Shown here piece by piece: positions 34,834 to 44,897 of a stretch of 64,000 bases of DNA (positions are counted from its first letter, which is position 1; each line of letters starts with the position of its first letter). The stretch comes from a virus. The DNA lies in the IMG/VR virus record IMGVR_UViG_3300037222_000066; one strand, 5' to 3'. The position numbers and the translations under genes were made by a program. Below the pieces are notes generated by a model. The model ran no database searches. It saw nothing but the letters and a program-made list of their open reading frames with translations, and was not told the origin of the DNA.

Positions 34834-35399
34834 CCCCAGATAAACGCACAGGTAACGATGGCAAAGGCTTCTACATTCGCACGTTCACAGGGAAGAAATT
34901 CTACTGGGATAACGTAGATGCCAATGACATTGACATTCATGACATAGCCCACGCCCTTGCTAATAACTGCCGGTGGACAGGGCACGTACGAAAGTTCTAC
35001 TCCGTGGCCCAGCATTGTTTGTATGCTTCATTTGAAGCGCCGCCGGGGTTGGAGCTGTCGGCCCTGCTGCACGATGCATCTGAGGCATATGTGCATGATA
35101 CGCCATCCCCGTTAAAGTGGTATCTGGCGGACCATGACTTCACCGCATTCTCTGACCTGGAGCACACGGTGGACCGAGCAATCTATGACAGGTTCAAGCT
35201 GCCGTACCCGCGGGACCCACGAATTAAAGATATTGATCTAAGGTTGTTGTCCACGGAGAGCCGCGACCTGATGCCGCCTGGTGAGGAACGCATTCACATG
35301 ATTGAGCCTTACCCGTGGCGTATCCATCCAGCTTGTCCAGAGATAGCTGAGAGACAATTTCTTGACCGATTTCGCCACCTAACAGGACAACAAACATGA
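34830..35399 (+). CDS. HD-domain phosphohydrolase, YfbR-like 5-prime-deoxynucleotidase type (190 aa)
   Basis: H...HD...H...D metal-ligand pattern (IHDIAHALANN, LLHDASEAYVHD); ATGA-coupled start. Confidence 0.6.
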   Translation: MTPDKRTGNDGKGFYIRTFTGKKFYWDNVDANDIDIHDIAHALANNCRWTGHVRKFYSVAQHCLYASFEAPPGLELSALLHDASEAYVHDTPSPLKWYLADHDFTAFSDLEHTVDRAIYDRFKLPYPRDPRIKDIDLRLLSTESRDLMPPGEERIHMIEPYPWRIHPACPEIAERQFLDRFRHLTGQQT

Positions 35400-35833
35400 A
35401 TAAGACCGTGCGAAAAAGCGCTAAGCTGGCTGCTGAGCAGCGGCCCACCACCCAAGCCGAGTTGAAGAAAAAGACCCAGCGGGTTCCGCTCGATCTTGTC
35501 TGTCCTGCCGGGGTGGCTCATGAAGCCCAGGCCATGCGGGATGGGTTCATCAAGTATGGGTATGCCTCGTATCTGAACGACGGGGTGGAAATGACAGCCC
35601 GGCACTGTCTTGCCGCTGCCAAGCGCCATATCGAACGGCTGTTGGCCGGCGAGGACAAGGCCCCCGAAGCAAATGGCGCCCACCATGCGGGGCACGCCCG
35701 CGCAATGCTGGGCATCTACTTGGAGTGTATGGAGGCTGGTGTCCTGGTTGACGACCGGCACCCGCGCCACAAGGCTAACCCGTACATCGGTAAGATGTTT
35801 GACCGCATGGCAAAGGAAAACGCAAGTGGCTAA
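35396..35833 (+). CDS. hypothetical protein (145 aa)
   Basis: Co-oriented ORF with ATGA overlap. Confidence 0.45.
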   Translation: MNKTVRKSAKLAAEQRPTTQAELKKKTQRVPLDLVCPAGVAHEAQAMRDGFIKYGYASYLNDGVEMTARHCLAAAKRHIERLLAGEDKAPEANGAHHAGHARAMLGIYLECMEAGVLVDDRHPRHKANPYIGKMFDRMAKENASG

Positions 35834-36497
35834 ACAATTCGCGTGGTCATTCAGCAAGCTCAAGGCGTTCGAGACTTGCCCCAGGAAATTCCATGAGCAG
35901 GACGTGCTCAAGAACTTCCATGAGGGGCAAAGCGAACAGCTGATCTGGGGCAACCAGGTACATCAAACCCTGGCAAAGGTGTTGACCGGCTTGCTGCCAG
36001 CTCTGCCGCCGGAAATGGAGGCCTATCAGAAATACGTGGATATGGTGGCTAAGTTGCCCGGTAAGCTGTATGTCGAGCAGAAATATGCCATCACCAAGGA
36101 CTTTGGGCCCACGACTTATTTCGCGCCGAACTGCTGGTATCGGGGCATTGGCGACGTGGTGAAGATTGAGCGTACACGCGGCGCAATCCTGGACTGGAAG
36201 ACCGGCGCCGTTAAGGTGGACAGCGTGCAGCTGATGTTGATGGCGCTCTGCATATTCGCGCATTTTCCTGTCGTACAGAAAGTCCATACGGGCTTCATAT
36301 GGCTCGCGGAAGATGCGGTCACGATGGAAGAATATGACCGCGAGGATATAGGAGATTGCTGGGCTGGGCTGCTCGGCCGCGTTACCGAGTTGGAAGACGC
36401 CCTCAAGACTGGGGCGTTCCCGCCGAAGCCAAGTGGGCTGTGTCGCAAGTGGTGCCCGGTCACGTCATGCCAGTACCACGGCAAGGGAGGCTTCTGA
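35826..36497 (+). CDS. PD-(D/E)XK nuclease, Cas4/RecB-like, with C-terminal Cys cluster (223 aa, GTG start)
   Basis: GIGDVVK...ILDWKTG (D...D-x-K) core and C-terminal CRKWCPVTSC cluster resembling the Cas4 Fe-S module; AAGGAAA RBS. Confidence 0.5.
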   Translation: MAKQFAWSFSKLKAFETCPRKFHEQDVLKNFHEGQSEQLIWGNQVHQTLAKVLTGLLPALPPEMEAYQKYVDMVAKLPGKLYVEQKYAITKDFGPTTYFAPNCWYRGIGDVVKIERTRGAILDWKTGAVKVDSVQLMLMALCIFAHFPVVQKVHTGFIWLAEDAVTMEEYDREDIGDCWAGLLGRVTELEDALKTGAFPPKPSGLCRKWCPVTSCQYHGKGGF

Positions 36498-36724
36498 TGG
36501 AGAGTAAGGCCAAACTTATCAAAGAACAACTTGCCTTCCTTGGGGTAGAGTTTGACAAAGCTGGTGTGACCTACGACGCTCGCAAGGTGAACACTGGCCA
36601 TGTTATCCTTAGTTTCACGGTGAACGGCAAACCCAAGTCCCTGACAATTGGGGGCTCCCTGGATTGCAATGCCCGGCTACGCAACCGCACGTATCTCCGC
36701 AACATGTTGCGAGGTGATCTATGA
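36497..36724 (+). CDS. hypothetical protein (75 aa)
   Basis: AAGGGAGG RBS 6 nt upstream of the ATG; TGATG overlap. Confidence 0.4.
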   Translation: MESKAKLIKEQLAFLGVEFDKAGVTYDARKVNTGHVILSFTVNGKPKSLTIGGSLDCNARLRNRTYLRNMLRGDL

Positions 36725-36939
36725 TTGAAAAAGTGGTGTGTGTCTCGATATTTGCTATAGTCTTGCTAATGGCTGTGTTGGCCCGCTGGGACTTGCACAC
36801 CAAATACATGGACAAGAGTTGTGTTTGGCAGGATATGCATGCGGATTGCCCGGTTAAAAAAGCGCAACCGGAGGGGCAATGCCTACCGCAACCGGGGTAC
36901 TGTGATATTGATACGGACTGGCGACCGCTGCACAAATAA
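36721..36939 (+). CDS. small membrane/secreted Cys-rich protein (72 aa)
   Basis: N-terminal TM segment; ATGA coupling. Confidence 0.4.
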   Translation: MIEKVVCVSIFAIVLLMAVLARWDLHTKYMDKSCVWQDMHADCPVKKAQPEGQCLPQPGYCDIDTDWRPLHK

Positions 36940-36954
36940 AAAGGGATTAATACG

Positions 36955-37290
36955 ATGATGAAACGACTACTCGTTGCGGTACTGTGCGTGGCGGCAATTG
37001 CCACAACTGCCGAGGCTAAAGGGCAGTGGTGCGGGAGCTATGCTCGTACCCATTTGGTCGGGCAAGACCCAGGAACCAAGTACAACCTCGCCTGTAATTG
37101 GCGGGGATACGGTTCACCATCCTATGCCCACGAAGGGGCAATCGTGGTCTGGTGCAGCGGGCATCACCACCACGTCGGCAAGATAACTGGACCGTGCAAC
37201 GGGTCAGTATGCGTGGTAACCAGCGGTAACGACGGCAATGCAGTACGCACTCGTGCCCGATCCGTTGCCGGTGCAGTGTTCCGACTATAG
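36955..37290 (+). CDS. secreted CHAP-domain (Cys/His peptidase) protein (111 aa)
   Basis: Signal peptide MMKRLLVAVLCVAAIATTAEA; nucleophile context GQWCGSYA; GHHHHVGKI resembles the CHAP His motif (GHVxIV). Confidence 0.45.
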   Translation: MMKRLLVAVLCVAAIATTAEAKGQWCGSYARTHLVGQDPGTKYNLACNWRGYGSPSYAHEGAIVVWCSGHHHHVGKITGPCNGSVCVVTSGNDGNAVRTRARSVAGAVFRL

Positions 37291-37329
37291 CAGGAGTTTG
37301 CCCAACGCGGCATGGGCGCTAGGAGAAAA

Positions 37330-37587
37330 ATGAAAAACAATACCCTCGAAATTCCCGAGTTCCTTAAAATTAGCGCCGAGGAACGTAAGGCGGCTTGGAA
37401 AGATCGACCTTACACAGACCCCTTCGCCGGGGGCCTGACCGATGAACGACGGGCGCTCGAAAAAACGCGCGTCGCGGAAATCGCGGAAGGCCGCAAGTTA
37501 AAGAACGCGCGCGGGTTGGCCAAGATAAAGCAGGCTCACCCAGGAGAACGCTGGGACCGTAAGCACAAGATATGGGTGCCAGCATGA
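37330..37587 (+). CDS. hypothetical protein (85 aa)
   Basis: AGGAGA RBS 4 nt upstream of ATG 37330. Confidence 0.4.
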   Translation: MKNNTLEIPEFLKISAEERKAAWKDRPYTDPFAGGLTDERRALEKTRVAEIAEGRKLKNARGLAKIKQAHPGERWDRKHKIWVPA

Positions 37588-38072
37588 CCCCAGAACAACG
37601 GCAAAAGTGGCTAGCTGGTAGAACCACGCACGGCGCCTACGCAAATGGTAAGGAAACATCTACGCACGCGATATGGCGCGGTATGGTTGCCCGTTGTTGT
37701 AATAAAAACGCAAAAGACTATCCCCGGTACGGCGGATTAGGCGTACAGGTGTGCGCTAGGTGGCGGGCGTTTGATTTGTTCTTAGCAGATATGGGGGAAC
37801 GTCCGGAAGGATTAGAGTTAGATAGATACCCAGATACTTGGGGAGACTATGAACCTGGCAACTGTCGATGGGCTACTCATAGCGAACAGCAACGAAACAA
37901 ACGAAGCACTCGTTTACATGCGTGGGAAGAAGAAAACGTGTGCTTAGAGGAATGGTCTAGGCGAGCAGGTATAAGCAAGCAGTTAGCTTTCTATCGGCTA
38001 AAACAAATGGAAGTACGTCATGACAACCCCCGAAGCAAAAGTGAAGGCCAAGCTCAACAAGCGGTTGGCTAA
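37572..38072 (+). CDS. HNH homing endonuclease (HNH_3/AP2-like; 166 aa, probable start 37584)
   Basis: GLELDRYPDTWGDYEPGNCRWATHSEQQRN motif; paralog of 33055-33501. Confidence 0.65.
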   Translation: MGASMTPEQRQKWLAGRTTHGAYANGKETSTHAIWRGMVARCCNKNAKDYPRYGGLGVQVCARWRAFDLFLADMGERPEGLELDRYPDTWGDYEPGNCRWATHSEQQRNKRSTRLHAWEEENVCLEEWSRRAGISKQLAFYRLKQMEVRHDNPRSKSEGQAQQAVG

Positions 38073-38325
38073 ATATACTAAGGTGTACCGGTATATGCCA
38101 GTATCAAATGGTATGGGTGCGCCTTCGCTCGACTACTTGTTGTGCTGCAATAGTAGGTTCGTGGCTGTGGAGACTAAGGTATTGGGAAAAACCTTGACGC
38201 CTCGCCAACACGCTACTGCTGCCGCGATGCGGGCCGCAGGTGCCTATGTGCGTGTGGTGGACGGCGACGAGAGCCTAGATATTCTCTGTAATCTGCTAGA
38301 GTTTCTAGGGTGCGAGAAAAAATAA
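38020..38325 (+). CDS. VRR-NUC domain nuclease (101 aa)
   Basis: PD-(D/E)XK core SLDYLL...VAVETK; typically paired with an SNF2 helicase. Confidence 0.55.
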   Translation: MTTPEAKVKAKLNKRLAKYTKVYRYMPVSNGMGAPSLDYLLCCNSRFVAVETKVLGKTLTPRQHATAAAMRAAGAYVRVVDGDESLDILCNLLEFLGCEKK

Positions 38326-39866
38326 TGGGCATTCAAGTATCCCGAGCTACCCAGTCGCTAGTGGTTCCCCCGCACCCCGCGGTGGTGAACCTATACGCGA
38401 ACGCGCCCCGTCTGGACGACAACCTGATTATCCCGCACGGCCTGCGCGAGTACCTGCTGTTAAAGCACCTGGGCTACGCGGTGCCGCACCCCATGCTGTG
38501 TTACTACAACTGGGGCAGCAAGACGCCGTTTAAGGTGCAGCTGCATACATGTACGATGCTCACGTCGAACCCACGCGCCTACGTGCTTAATGACATGGGC
38601 ACCGGTAAGACCAAGGGGGCGCTGTGGTCCTGGGACTTCCTGCGTACCGGGGGGTATGCCGGCAAGCTGCTGGTTGTGGCCCCGTTGTCTACTCTCAACT
38701 TTGTGTGGGGGCGGGAGTGCTTTGCCACACTACCCAAGCGCAAGGTGGCGGTGTTGCACGGTAGCAAGGCGCGACGGTTAGAGCGGCTGGCCGATCCCAG
38801 CATAGAGATTTTCATCATCAACCATGACGGTGTCAAGGTGATACTGAAAGAGCTGATGGAGCGGGCCGATATCGACACGCTGATCCTGGACGAGCTAGCG
38901 GTATACCGCAACAACTCTGATCGCTCCAAGATCATGCGCAAATTGGCCGAGCGGTTCAACTGGGTGTGGGGTATGACAGGGGCTCCTATGCCTAACCAGC
39001 CCACGGACGTGTGGGCCCAGGCCAAGATTGTCACCCCTAACACAGTGCCCAAGTTCTTCAAGCAAGCCCGTGAAATGCTGATGATAAAGGTGGACCAGTT
39101 CACCTACCGCCCGAAAGCGGACGCGGTGGAGAACGCATTTAGGATGATGCAGCCATCTGTGCGCTACGCATTGGATGACGTGGTGGAACTGCCCGAAACG
39201 ATATCACGCGTGATCGACGTTGACCTGAGCGACGAGCAAAAAAAGACCTACGAGAAAATGTCCAAGCTGTTCCAGGCTATGGTCCAGGAGAAACAAATTA
39301 CCGCGGTCAACGCTGCCGCGGCGATGAATAAGCTGCTGCAAGTGGCCCTGGGGTGGGTGTACACCAAGTCCCCGGAGTATGTGGTGCTGGATAGCAAGCC
39401 GCGCACCGACGCCATGCTGGACATAATCAACTCGGCCGCCCGCAAGGTGTTGGTCTTCGTGCCGTATCGCCACGCGTTGGCCGGCATGAGCAAGTTGCTG
39501 ACAGGGCAGGATATTGAACATGCTGTAGTGCATGGCGACGTGACAGATCGGGATACGATATTCAACCTGTTCCAGAACACCAACAAATACAAGGTGCTGC
39601 TGGCCCACCCGCAATGTTTGGCGCACGGCCTGACGTTGACCGCTGCCGATACGATCATTTGGACGTGCCCCACGGCATCGTTGGAAATCTATGAGCAGGC
39701 AAATGCCCGCATCCGGCGTGTAGGCCAGATGCACAAGCAGCAGATATTGCATCTACAAGCTACGCCAGTTGAGAAACGGATTTATGCGCTGCTCCGCAAC
39801 AAGCAGCATGTGCAAGACAAGTTGCTCGAACTGTTCGAGGAAGCCACAGAAAGGAAGCTGTCATGA
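38325..39866 (+). CDS. SNF2/SF2-family DNA helicase (513 aa)
   Basis: Walker A NDMGTGKTK and DELA (DExx) box; helicase C-terminal domain region; TAATG overlap with the VRR-NUC gene. Confidence 0.65.
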   Translation: MGIQVSRATQSLVVPPHPAVVNLYANAPRLDDNLIIPHGLREYLLLKHLGYAVPHPMLCYYNWGSKTPFKVQLHTCTMLTSNPRAYVLNDMGTGKTKGALWSWDFLRTGGYAGKLLVVAPLSTLNFVWGRECFATLPKRKVAVLHGSKARRLERLADPSIEIFIINHDGVKVILKELMERADIDTLILDELAVYRNNSDRSKIMRKLAERFNWVWGMTGAPMPNQPTDVWAQAKIVTPNTVPKFFKQAREMLMIKVDQFTYRPKADAVENAFRMMQPSVRYALDDVVELPETISRVIDVDLSDEQKKTYEKMSKLFQAMVQEKQITAVNAAAAMNKLLQVALGWVYTKSPEYVVLDSKPRTDAMLDIINSAARKVLVFVPYRHALAGMSKLLTGQDIEHAVVHGDVTDRDTIFNLFQNTNKYKVLLAHPQCLAHGLTLTAADTIIWTCPTASLEIYEQANARIRRVGQMHKQQILHLQATPVEKRIYALLRNKQHVQDKLLELFEEATERKLS

Positions 39867-40258
39867 CTGAAACTCCCCAAGTAGATGCCATTGTTGAAGT
39901 GTTTATCGCAGTCCGCGATAAGCTTAAAGCAATGGACGACGCCCACGAACTCCTACGGAAAGAGTGGGTGGAGAAAAAAGAGAAACTTTCCGGGTGGTTG
40001 CTTAACTTCTTGGATACGAATGGACTGGACAATGCCAAAACTGTTCACGGTACAGTCCACACTACCACCCGTAGTAGTGCATCACTCGCTGACGCCGATT
40101 TGTTCATGCGATTTGTGATCGACAACAACGAATATGACTTGCTTGATCGTCGCGCTAATGCTACCGCGGTCAAGGAATTCGTAAAGAGCCACGACGGTTC
40201 ACTCCCTCCCGGCGTGAACCTCACCTCGATGAAAACCGTTGGCGTACGCCGCGCCTAA
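39863..40258 (+). CDS. hypothetical protein (131 aa)
   Basis: ATGA-coupled ORF in the replication block. Confidence 0.45.
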   Translation: MTETPQVDAIVEVFIAVRDKLKAMDDAHELLRKEWVEKKEKLSGWLLNFLDTNGLDNAKTVHGTVHTTTRSSASLADADLFMRFVIDNNEYDLLDRRANATAVKEFVKSHDGSLPPGVNLTSMKTVGVRRA

Positions 40259-40274
40259 CCCCAGGAGAACAAAC

Positions 40275-41351
40275 ATGTCCCAGAATAATCTTGTACCATT
40301 CGCTGCCGGCGCCAAGCCGTCAGCTGCGTTCGCGGCAGCGCTCAATACCGCGGACCATGAGAGCCTGGCCGATGGTATCGGCTCCTCTTATGGAATTATT
40401 GGCTACAAAGGTAAGGTGTGGTCGCTCCGATATCACGGAGAGAAGCACGTTTTTACCCGCCCGGACGACAACTCGCCAACCGCGCATATCGATGTCATCA
40501 TCTTGCGGGCGGCGAGTGTCAAGTCCAAGAGCTACTACGGCAAATATGATCCGAACGCCAGCGAAGGCGTGCGGCCAATCTGTGCGTCTCTGGACGGTAT
40601 CAAGCCCGACGCTGACGTGCAGCAGAAGCAGTCTGACGTGTGTGCGATCTGCCCCCGCAACGTGTGGAAGGCAGGCACGGATGGTAAGAAAAGCCGTGAA
40701 TGCACTGACTATAAACGCCTGGCCGTTTTGCTCTTGCCAAACCAGACCCAGCGGTTGCTGGGCGCCGCTTTAATGGAACCTGTGTTCCTGCGTATCCCGC
40801 CGGCATCGTTGCAGCCTCTGGCTACCTACGGTGAGCAGTTGAATATGCAGGGCTTCCATTATTCTTCGGTGGCTACGCGCATCACCTTCGACCCGAATGA
40901 GCCGCATCCCAAGATGGTCTTTGCGGGCTTGCAAGCCTTGACCGATGCCGAAGCGCCGGTGGTTCTCCCCATGCGGGAAGACCCCCAGTCTCTGCGGATC
41001 ACCGGGGAAGACCAAATGGCGGCCCATACAGGCCCTTTGCAAGTGACTGGGCAGGCCCAGCCGGCCCAGCAGCTAGCTGCGCCTTCTGTGGACTTGCCGA
41101 AAGCCGCCACGGCCCCCTCGGTACCGCAGGCCACAGATTTAGGGTTGACAGCTATAGTACCCGCCGCGGCCGTCCCACAGACTGCGACGACGATATCCCC
41201 TTCTAAGCCCGGGGGATTATTGGAATTGACAGCAACGGCTGTAGCCCCTGGCGCCCCCGGTGGTGGTCCAGCTGCTGTGGCTGATACAGGTGAAGTGACA
41301 GCCAGTGATGCTGCACTGGACGCTAGGATCAAAGGTCTCTTAAACCCGTAA
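40275..41351 (+). CDS. zinc-ribbon protein with Pro/Ala-rich C-terminal tail (358 aa); possible ssDNA-binding or replication accessory protein
   Basis: AGGAGA RBS before ATG 40275; CASLDG...CAICPRN...REC cluster; sits between the helicase and primase genes. Confidence 0.4.
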   Translation: MSQNNLVPFAAGAKPSAAFAAALNTADHESLADGIGSSYGIIGYKGKVWSLRYHGEKHVFTRPDDNSPTAHIDVIILRAASVKSKSYYGKYDPNASEGVRPICASLDGIKPDADVQQKQSDVCAICPRNVWKAGTDGKKSRECTDYKRLAVLLLPNQTQRLLGAALMEPVFLRIPPASLQPLATYGEQLNMQGFHYSSVATRITFDPNEPHPKMVFAGLQALTDAEAPVVLPMREDPQSLRITGEDQMAAHTGPLQVTGQAQPAQQLAAPSVDLPKAATAPSVPQATDLGLTAIVPAAAVPQTATTISPSKPGGLLELTATAVAPGAPGGGPAAVADTGEVTASDAALDARIKGLLNP

Positions 41352-41358
41352 GTGCTTC

Positions 41359-44337
41359 ATGCTATCTGACCAAACTCGCGAGTTTATGAGCAGAGTAGTT
41401 CCGTGGCCGGGTGCAACAGCACCCGGCTACGTCGATCTTGTATGGGCGCCGGCATTTAGCGGGAAACCATTCAAGTCGTTGGACGAGTTCATGAAGATGG
41501 CCGACTGGGCCAACCGCAAGGAAACGATCAAGGATTTATACTATTGCCTCAGCCTACAGGCAGAAGCTGCCAAAAATCACCGTGGAGGTCTGGTCGCCAA
41601 GCGCCACGCGTCGCTGGCGTTGTCACTCAAGTCCATCTGGCTGGACATTGACGTTAAAGACCCCCCAAAGGGGTATAAGGATTTAGCCGAAGCACTAGAC
41701 GCCCTCCAGGCGTTTCGCATTGCCGCCGATCTACCACCCCCGTCGGCAATAGTGCATTCGGGCGGGGGTCTACATGTCTACTGGATTTCAGACCGTGCTC
41801 TGTCCAAGGCCGAGTGGGAGCCTTATGCTCAAGGGCTCAAGGCACTGGCGGTCAAGCATGAACTGCGTTGTGACGCTGGATTGACCACGGATGCTGCTCG
41901 CATCTTGCGTGTCCCGGATACGTTCAACTACAAGACTACACCGCCTCGGCCCGTGAGGCTGCTGGGGCTGCGGGAACAGTCACTCGACTACGACTTTGCC
42001 CGCAGCCTCGGTTTCCTGGCAGTGATATCGCCCATGGCGACAACCGTTGCCAACAAGACGTTTTTCATTAACGCTGACCAGCCATCGACACCTTCGCCGT
42101 TGCTGGCTGCGCTACCGAAAGATAGCCTGGCCGCTGGTCTGACGACTTACAGCGATCAGTCATTGGACTTTGATAATATTGTCAACGGCTGCGCGTTCAT
42201 ACGGGACGCGTTGAAGACCGAGGGCAAGGACTATGACCAGCCAATGTGGAACTTGACCACGTTAGCGGCAACATTCATGGAGCACGGACATGCGTTGGCC
42301 CACAGAATGGGTAAAGGACACAGCGGATATACTGTTGAGAGCACTGACAAGCTCTGGGATCGAAAAAGTAAAGAACGTAAGGATAAGGGTCTTGGGTACC
42401 CCTCTTGTGCTGCAATTCAAGCTGCCGGCTGCAAGGCGTGCGCGATTTGTCCGAATTTTGCAAAAGGTAAGTCGCCACTCAATCTCGGCGCTCCAGTTGT
42501 TGCCACGGCGGTAGAGGGCACCGTTACATTAATTAAGGCTCCAGACGATTTGAAATTACCGCCAGGGTACGTCCTCAATCCGGACGGCTATATCTGTGCG
42601 GTGGTACCGTCTAAAAAGCCTGGGGCACCAGACCATTATCTCCAGTTGTTTTACAACAAGTTCTTTAAACCTTGGGTTCAAGCTGGGCCCAAAGCACTGA
42701 ACTTTATCACGACCGCTGATAAAGGTATTACCAGGAAAGTCAGCATACAGCTGGAACTGCTAGCTAGCAGTACCGTCATGTGGATAAGTCTGTACAAGCA
42801 GGACGTTATCCCGGTCCACAGATATAAGGCTTTAGCGGAGGGTTTCATGCACGCTTGGATAGCACAAATACAAGACGCCGAAACAGCGCTAATATCACGC
42901 CCGTTTGGGTGGCTCTATACGAAAGACGACGAGAGCACCGAACGGCACGGCTTCGTATATGGTGGAGTTATCTACCATGACGACAACACTACGTCCCCGG
43001 CCGGCGTAGGTGATCTGGAATTGCGCGAGTACTATACTCCGACCGGTTCTATTGCTCCCTGGTTGAAGGCGGCTAAGGTGATCACCGATATGAAGCGTCC
43101 GGAGCTGGACGCCGTTATTGCGTCGTCGTTCGCGGCCCCGCTGCTGGTTGTGCCGGCAAAATATGGATGCGTGTTGAGCGTTTTCGGTGAGAGCGGCGGC
43201 GGTAAGTCCACTGCTGCCAAGGTGGCCGCGGCTGTCTGGGGTAACCCGAAGCTGACCAAGGAAGTTGGGTCTACCACGACCAACTCTATGGTGGAGAAAC
43301 TGGGAGAGGTTAACAACTTGCCGGTATACCGGGATGAAATACGCGAAGACGAGGATCAAAAGAAAGCCTACGACAACTTGTTCATGGCATCGGAAGGTGT
43401 GAACAAGGGACGCTTGAATGCTAACTCGACACAAAAGAAACGGGCACATTGGCAGACACTGATTATCTTTTGCTCTAACACCAGTTTTGTTGACTATCTG
43501 TCAAAAAGGCAGACCCAGACCGACGCCGGTATATATCGGGTGTACGAGTATGAGTTTATCAAGAGCCCTGCTGGGGCACCGGGCGTCTTGTCCAGTACAT
43601 CAGACGTGGACCGTATCATGCAGGTGCTGGAGTATAATTATGGGATGGTCGGCGCTGAATATGCCAAGATGCTGGGGTCCAATCCGGCTGAAATTGACCG
43701 CATAACAAAGAAAATGTGCGACGACTTTGAGGCCGAAACCAAGTCCGAGCAGCCGGAACGGTACTGGCCAGCTACGTGTGGTATTCTGTTGGCGGGGGCT
43801 ACCTTTGCCAATCAGTTGGGTGCCGAAATTGACATACCGGCGCTCCGTGCGTTCCTGTTGAAGACCTACTTTGTCAACCGCGAACGTTGCAAGCAGGCTA
43901 ACACAAAGGGCGGTTCACAAATGAACACCGAAGAAACACTAACTGGGTTCCTCAAGGCTCATATTGGCGAGAGCTTGTGGACAGATACATTCAACCAAGG
44001 GCGGGGTAAGCCAGCCGCCTTGCAAGTTCTGCATGGACCCCGCGTTGACATACCCAAGCCTATCAACGTTCACTGGGCGATCAACGACCGGCGCTTGCTA
44101 ATCTCGCGCAAGGCGTTCTATGATTACCTGGCGGTATCGAAGACCCCCGGTGCGACGTTAAAACGTGGATTGAAAGATCATTATGATATGGCGGAAGTGT
44201 TTATTAAGATGGCCGCCGGCACGCGCTATGTGCAGACACAGGAATTTGTTATGATTATTCCTGTTCCAGAAGGTTCTCCACTGGAAGACGTGATGAACAT
44301 TTACAAACAAATAGTAAAAGAGGAAACTAAACTCTAA
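41359..44337 (+). CDS. primase-polymerase (prim-pol) fused to a D5-like SF3 helicase (992 aa)
   Basis: Prim-pol signature IWLDIDVKD...VHSGGGLHVYW; Walker A GESGGGKSTA in the C-terminal half. Confidence 0.7.
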   Translation: MLSDQTREFMSRVVPWPGATAPGYVDLVWAPAFSGKPFKSLDEFMKMADWANRKETIKDLYYCLSLQAEAAKNHRGGLVAKRHASLALSLKSIWLDIDVKDPPKGYKDLAEALDALQAFRIAADLPPPSAIVHSGGGLHVYWISDRALSKAEWEPYAQGLKALAVKHELRCDAGLTTDAARILRVPDTFNYKTTPPRPVRLLGLREQSLDYDFARSLGFLAVISPMATTVANKTFFINADQPSTPSPLLAALPKDSLAAGLTTYSDQSLDFDNIVNGCAFIRDALKTEGKDYDQPMWNLTTLAATFMEHGHALAHRMGKGHSGYTVESTDKLWDRKSKERKDKGLGYPSCAAIQAAGCKACAICPNFAKGKSPLNLGAPVVATAVEGTVTLIKAPDDLKLPPGYVLNPDGYICAVVPSKKPGAPDHYLQLFYNKFFKPWVQAGPKALNFITTADKGITRKVSIQLELLASSTVMWISLYKQDVIPVHRYKALAEGFMHAWIAQIQDAETALISRPFGWLYTKDDESTERHGFVYGGVIYHDDNTTSPAGVGDLELREYYTPTGSIAPWLKAAKVITDMKRPELDAVIASSFAAPLLVVPAKYGCVLSVFGESGGGKSTAAKVAAAVWGNPKLTKEVGSTTTNSMVEKLGEVNNLPVYRDEIREDEDQKKAYDNLFMASEGVNKGRLNANSTQKKRAHWQTLIIFCSNTSFVDYLSKRQTQTDAGIYRVYEYEFIKSPAGAPGVLSSTSDVDRIMQVLEYNYGMVGAEYAKMLGSNPAEIDRITKKMCDDFEAETKSEQPERYWPATCGILLAGATFANQLGAEIDIPALRAFLLKTYFVNRERCKQANTKGGSQMNTEETLTGFLKAHIGESLWTDTFNQGRGKPAALQVLHGPRVDIPKPINVHWAINDRRLLISRKAFYDYLAVSKTPGATLKRGLKDHYDMAEVFIKMAAGTRYVQTQEFVMIIPVPEGSPLEDVMNIYKQIVKEETKL

Positions 44338-44897
44338 CGGGCGGCGGCTAGAGCAGCCAGTGAATGGGCGCTTTCGTGACCGCCCAGGAATATTCGCATC
44401 TGCCGGGGGACCTCTGCAAAGTTGGTGAAGCCAACGCTGTAAACTTCGGTTCCCCATTTCTTCATGCGGGTAGTCAGGGTGCCTTCCAACGACACCTCCA
44501 GCTTTTTCAGGTCAGCTTCCAGTTCTTCCAATGTCATTTCACGGACCCGCTGGGCCAGATGCGTCATGGCAATACCAGCGGTGCTCTCAGTGAAATCTTG
44601 CACGTTGCAGCAATGAGAAATTACGTCGTTAATGCGGTAGCCAATGTTGACCGAAAAGCAAACCAGCTTCTTGTCTTTTGTAATAACGGACTGCACGGGT
44701 AAATCGAGAACCTCGTCAACTACATCGTAGACTTCGCAGCCGTGCCACAGCCAAATCTTCCAGTGCGGGCCAGGTCCGAGTTCCTGGGGATTTTTACCAA
44801 GCGTCCAACGCACCCCGCGCTGGTAGCTGCGGAAGATCACAAACGGGAACAACGACATTAAGTTGTTCAGGATCATTTCAATGAGGGTGCTATTCAT
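44334..44897 (-). CDS. SPFH/band-7 (prohibitin-like) domain protein (187 aa)
   Basis: LPVQSVITKDKKLVCFSVNIGYRINDV resembles the SPFH core. Confidence 0.4.
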   Translation of the reverse strand: MNSTLIEMILNNLMSLFPFVIFRSYQRGVRWTLGKNPQELGPGPHWKIWLWHGCEVYDVVDEVLDLPVQSVITKDKKLVCFSVNIGYRINDVISHCCNVQDFTESTAGIAMTHLAQRVREMTLEELEADLKKLEVSLEGTLTTRMKKWGTEVYSVGFTNFAEVPRQMRIFLGGHESAHSLAALAAAR

